Assembly (NCBI RefSeq): GCF_037042905.1
Contig: NC_087251.1
Location: 13,642,001 to 13,706,000, forward strand
Length of the DNA stretch: 64,000 nucleotides
Direction: 5' to 3'
Source of the DNA: Lytechinus pictus
Taxonomy: Eukaryota
The number at the start of each line of letters is the position of its first letter. Position 1 is the stretch's first letter. Below the pieces are notes generated by a model. It searched no databases and was not told the origin of the DNA. It saw only the letters and a program-made list of their open reading frames with translations. Shown here piece after piece: positions 62,730 to 64,000 of this stretch. The translations under genes and the position numbers were made by a program.

Positions 62730-63233
62730 TCAGAGTGGAGACCGACCGATAAGTAGCCTGCTCGGGCCCCGTTGGAATTTAGGCATCGGCAAACGTTTTT
62801 TTAATAATTCGAGCGGGCTGTAAAAAGACTTATCAATGGCCGAGCAGTGCCCTAAATCTGGGTCAAATCGGGGAACTTTTCTGTTTGGCATCCAAGCAGT
62901 GATTGGCTGATGATCCACCGATTCCTGGGCGGTCTCCCCTCGGCCGATATTGAATTCGCCGCAAGATCGACCAATCTCTTAGCGGCCAGCAGCCGGCGAC
63001 TGGCCGATGATCAAAATCATTTGATGGCGACCGCTCGATTATATTGGCGCCTGGACAGCGACCACCCAAGCACCGAGCGTATTTAGGGCGGCGAGTGAAA
63101 AGTGAGCAGGCGCTGCCAGAATTTTAACCCCGCGCTAAATCTTGAGCAGCGACCTAGCGATGCCCTAAAAACCAGTCGTGACGGGACTGCCGCCGCTCAG
63201 TGCCTGGGCGAAATTGGCCGGGTGACCTAAGCC
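62730..63233. mobile_element. GC/CpG-rich repeat fragment, probably a one-ended Harbinger-like element
   Basis: Abrupt GC- and CpG-rich block with many short palindromes (CGGCCG, GCCGGC). It ends in GTGACCTAAGCC; the matching left TIR was not found. Confidence 0.45.
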
Positions 63234-64000
63234 ATAGTAACAAAATAACATCAAATCAACCAAGCAAACCTGTGAATCCCCACTTAGAACATATGACTCG
63301 TATGAATAAAGTGCTCTTTACCACTTTTGATTTTGAAAAGAAGTGCAAGTCGTTATCAGTTTTGTAAGAAATGTACTGCTTCCTAAAAATAAAAAGGCTT
63401 CAAATTGAGATTAAAATTCAGTAAAAAGACTATTAAACATAGATACTGTGGAACCATGCAGTGGGGAACACAACACACACTATAGCAGACCAACAATGTC
63501 GCAAATGATAAAGGCGGCCATAAACTTCTTGCTTCCCTGAAAGTCTGTCCATCATTAAAGCCAACCTTGATCTGAGGAAGTCCTAGGCAAAGATTGTGAA
63601 GCGTAAAACTCTCGGATCTACACTCCTGAATTTCACATCCATTATGTGGCCATGTTGATATCAGGCATACAATTAGAAGGTTCAAACCAGTTTGTTTCTT
63701 CTTGATATCACCATCCCAATCAAGATCCTTCAAGTCTGACAGAGAATCTAGTATCCCAATGTTAGTTACATTCATTATTTTATCGTTGCTGTAAAGAGAG
63801 ATTCTGAATGCTTATCATCGCTAGGACGACAAAACCTTAAACCTCACATCTGGGTAAAAATTCCCTTTTCATATATTATTTTAATCACTTATTTATTAAT
63901 GATGTTATCACTTACAGTCCTGTCCAAAACTCAGCTTTCTCATTGAGTGAAGAGCATCCCATTTGAACCAGCATTATGGCAGCCTTGGTTTCCAATAACT

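Noticed and set aside
63383..63775. 130-aa minus-strand ORF as a DAAM 5' exon
   Set aside because: No resemblance to the DAAM N-terminus and no convincing in-frame donor.

Overview
AT-rich, intron-rich animal genomic DNA. The repeat landscape suggests a marine invertebrate, probably a sea urchin (inference). The window is dominated by one minus-strand gene, a DAAM (Dishevelled-associated activator of morphogenesis) formin. I traced 21 coding exons between 47152 and 282, all with GT/AG boundaries and matching phases. They total 3006 nt (1001 aa plus stop) and run GBD/FH3, coiled coil, FH1, FH2, DAD. The N-terminal exons were not found and probably lie beyond 64000. The introns carry non-autonomous transposons: a Helentron/DINE-1-type element with an internal ~138-bp tandem array, a 2.3-kb hAT-type element (8-bp TSD) with nested insertions, TTAA-AGG (Kolobok/T2-like) MITEs, Harbinger-like MITEs, a foldback element and tRNA-derived SINEs. 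The most unusual pattern is five tiny CATGGA-initiated inserts (15-103 bp), each flanked by a 7-bp direct repeat, which look like excision scars or mini-derivatives of a P-superfamily transposon. Other candidates are a 35-bp-stem intronic hairpin and a possible internal first exon for a DAAM isoform lacking the autoinhibitory N-terminus. No CRISPR, rRNA or genuine tRNA gene is supported. No transposase ORF was recognised.
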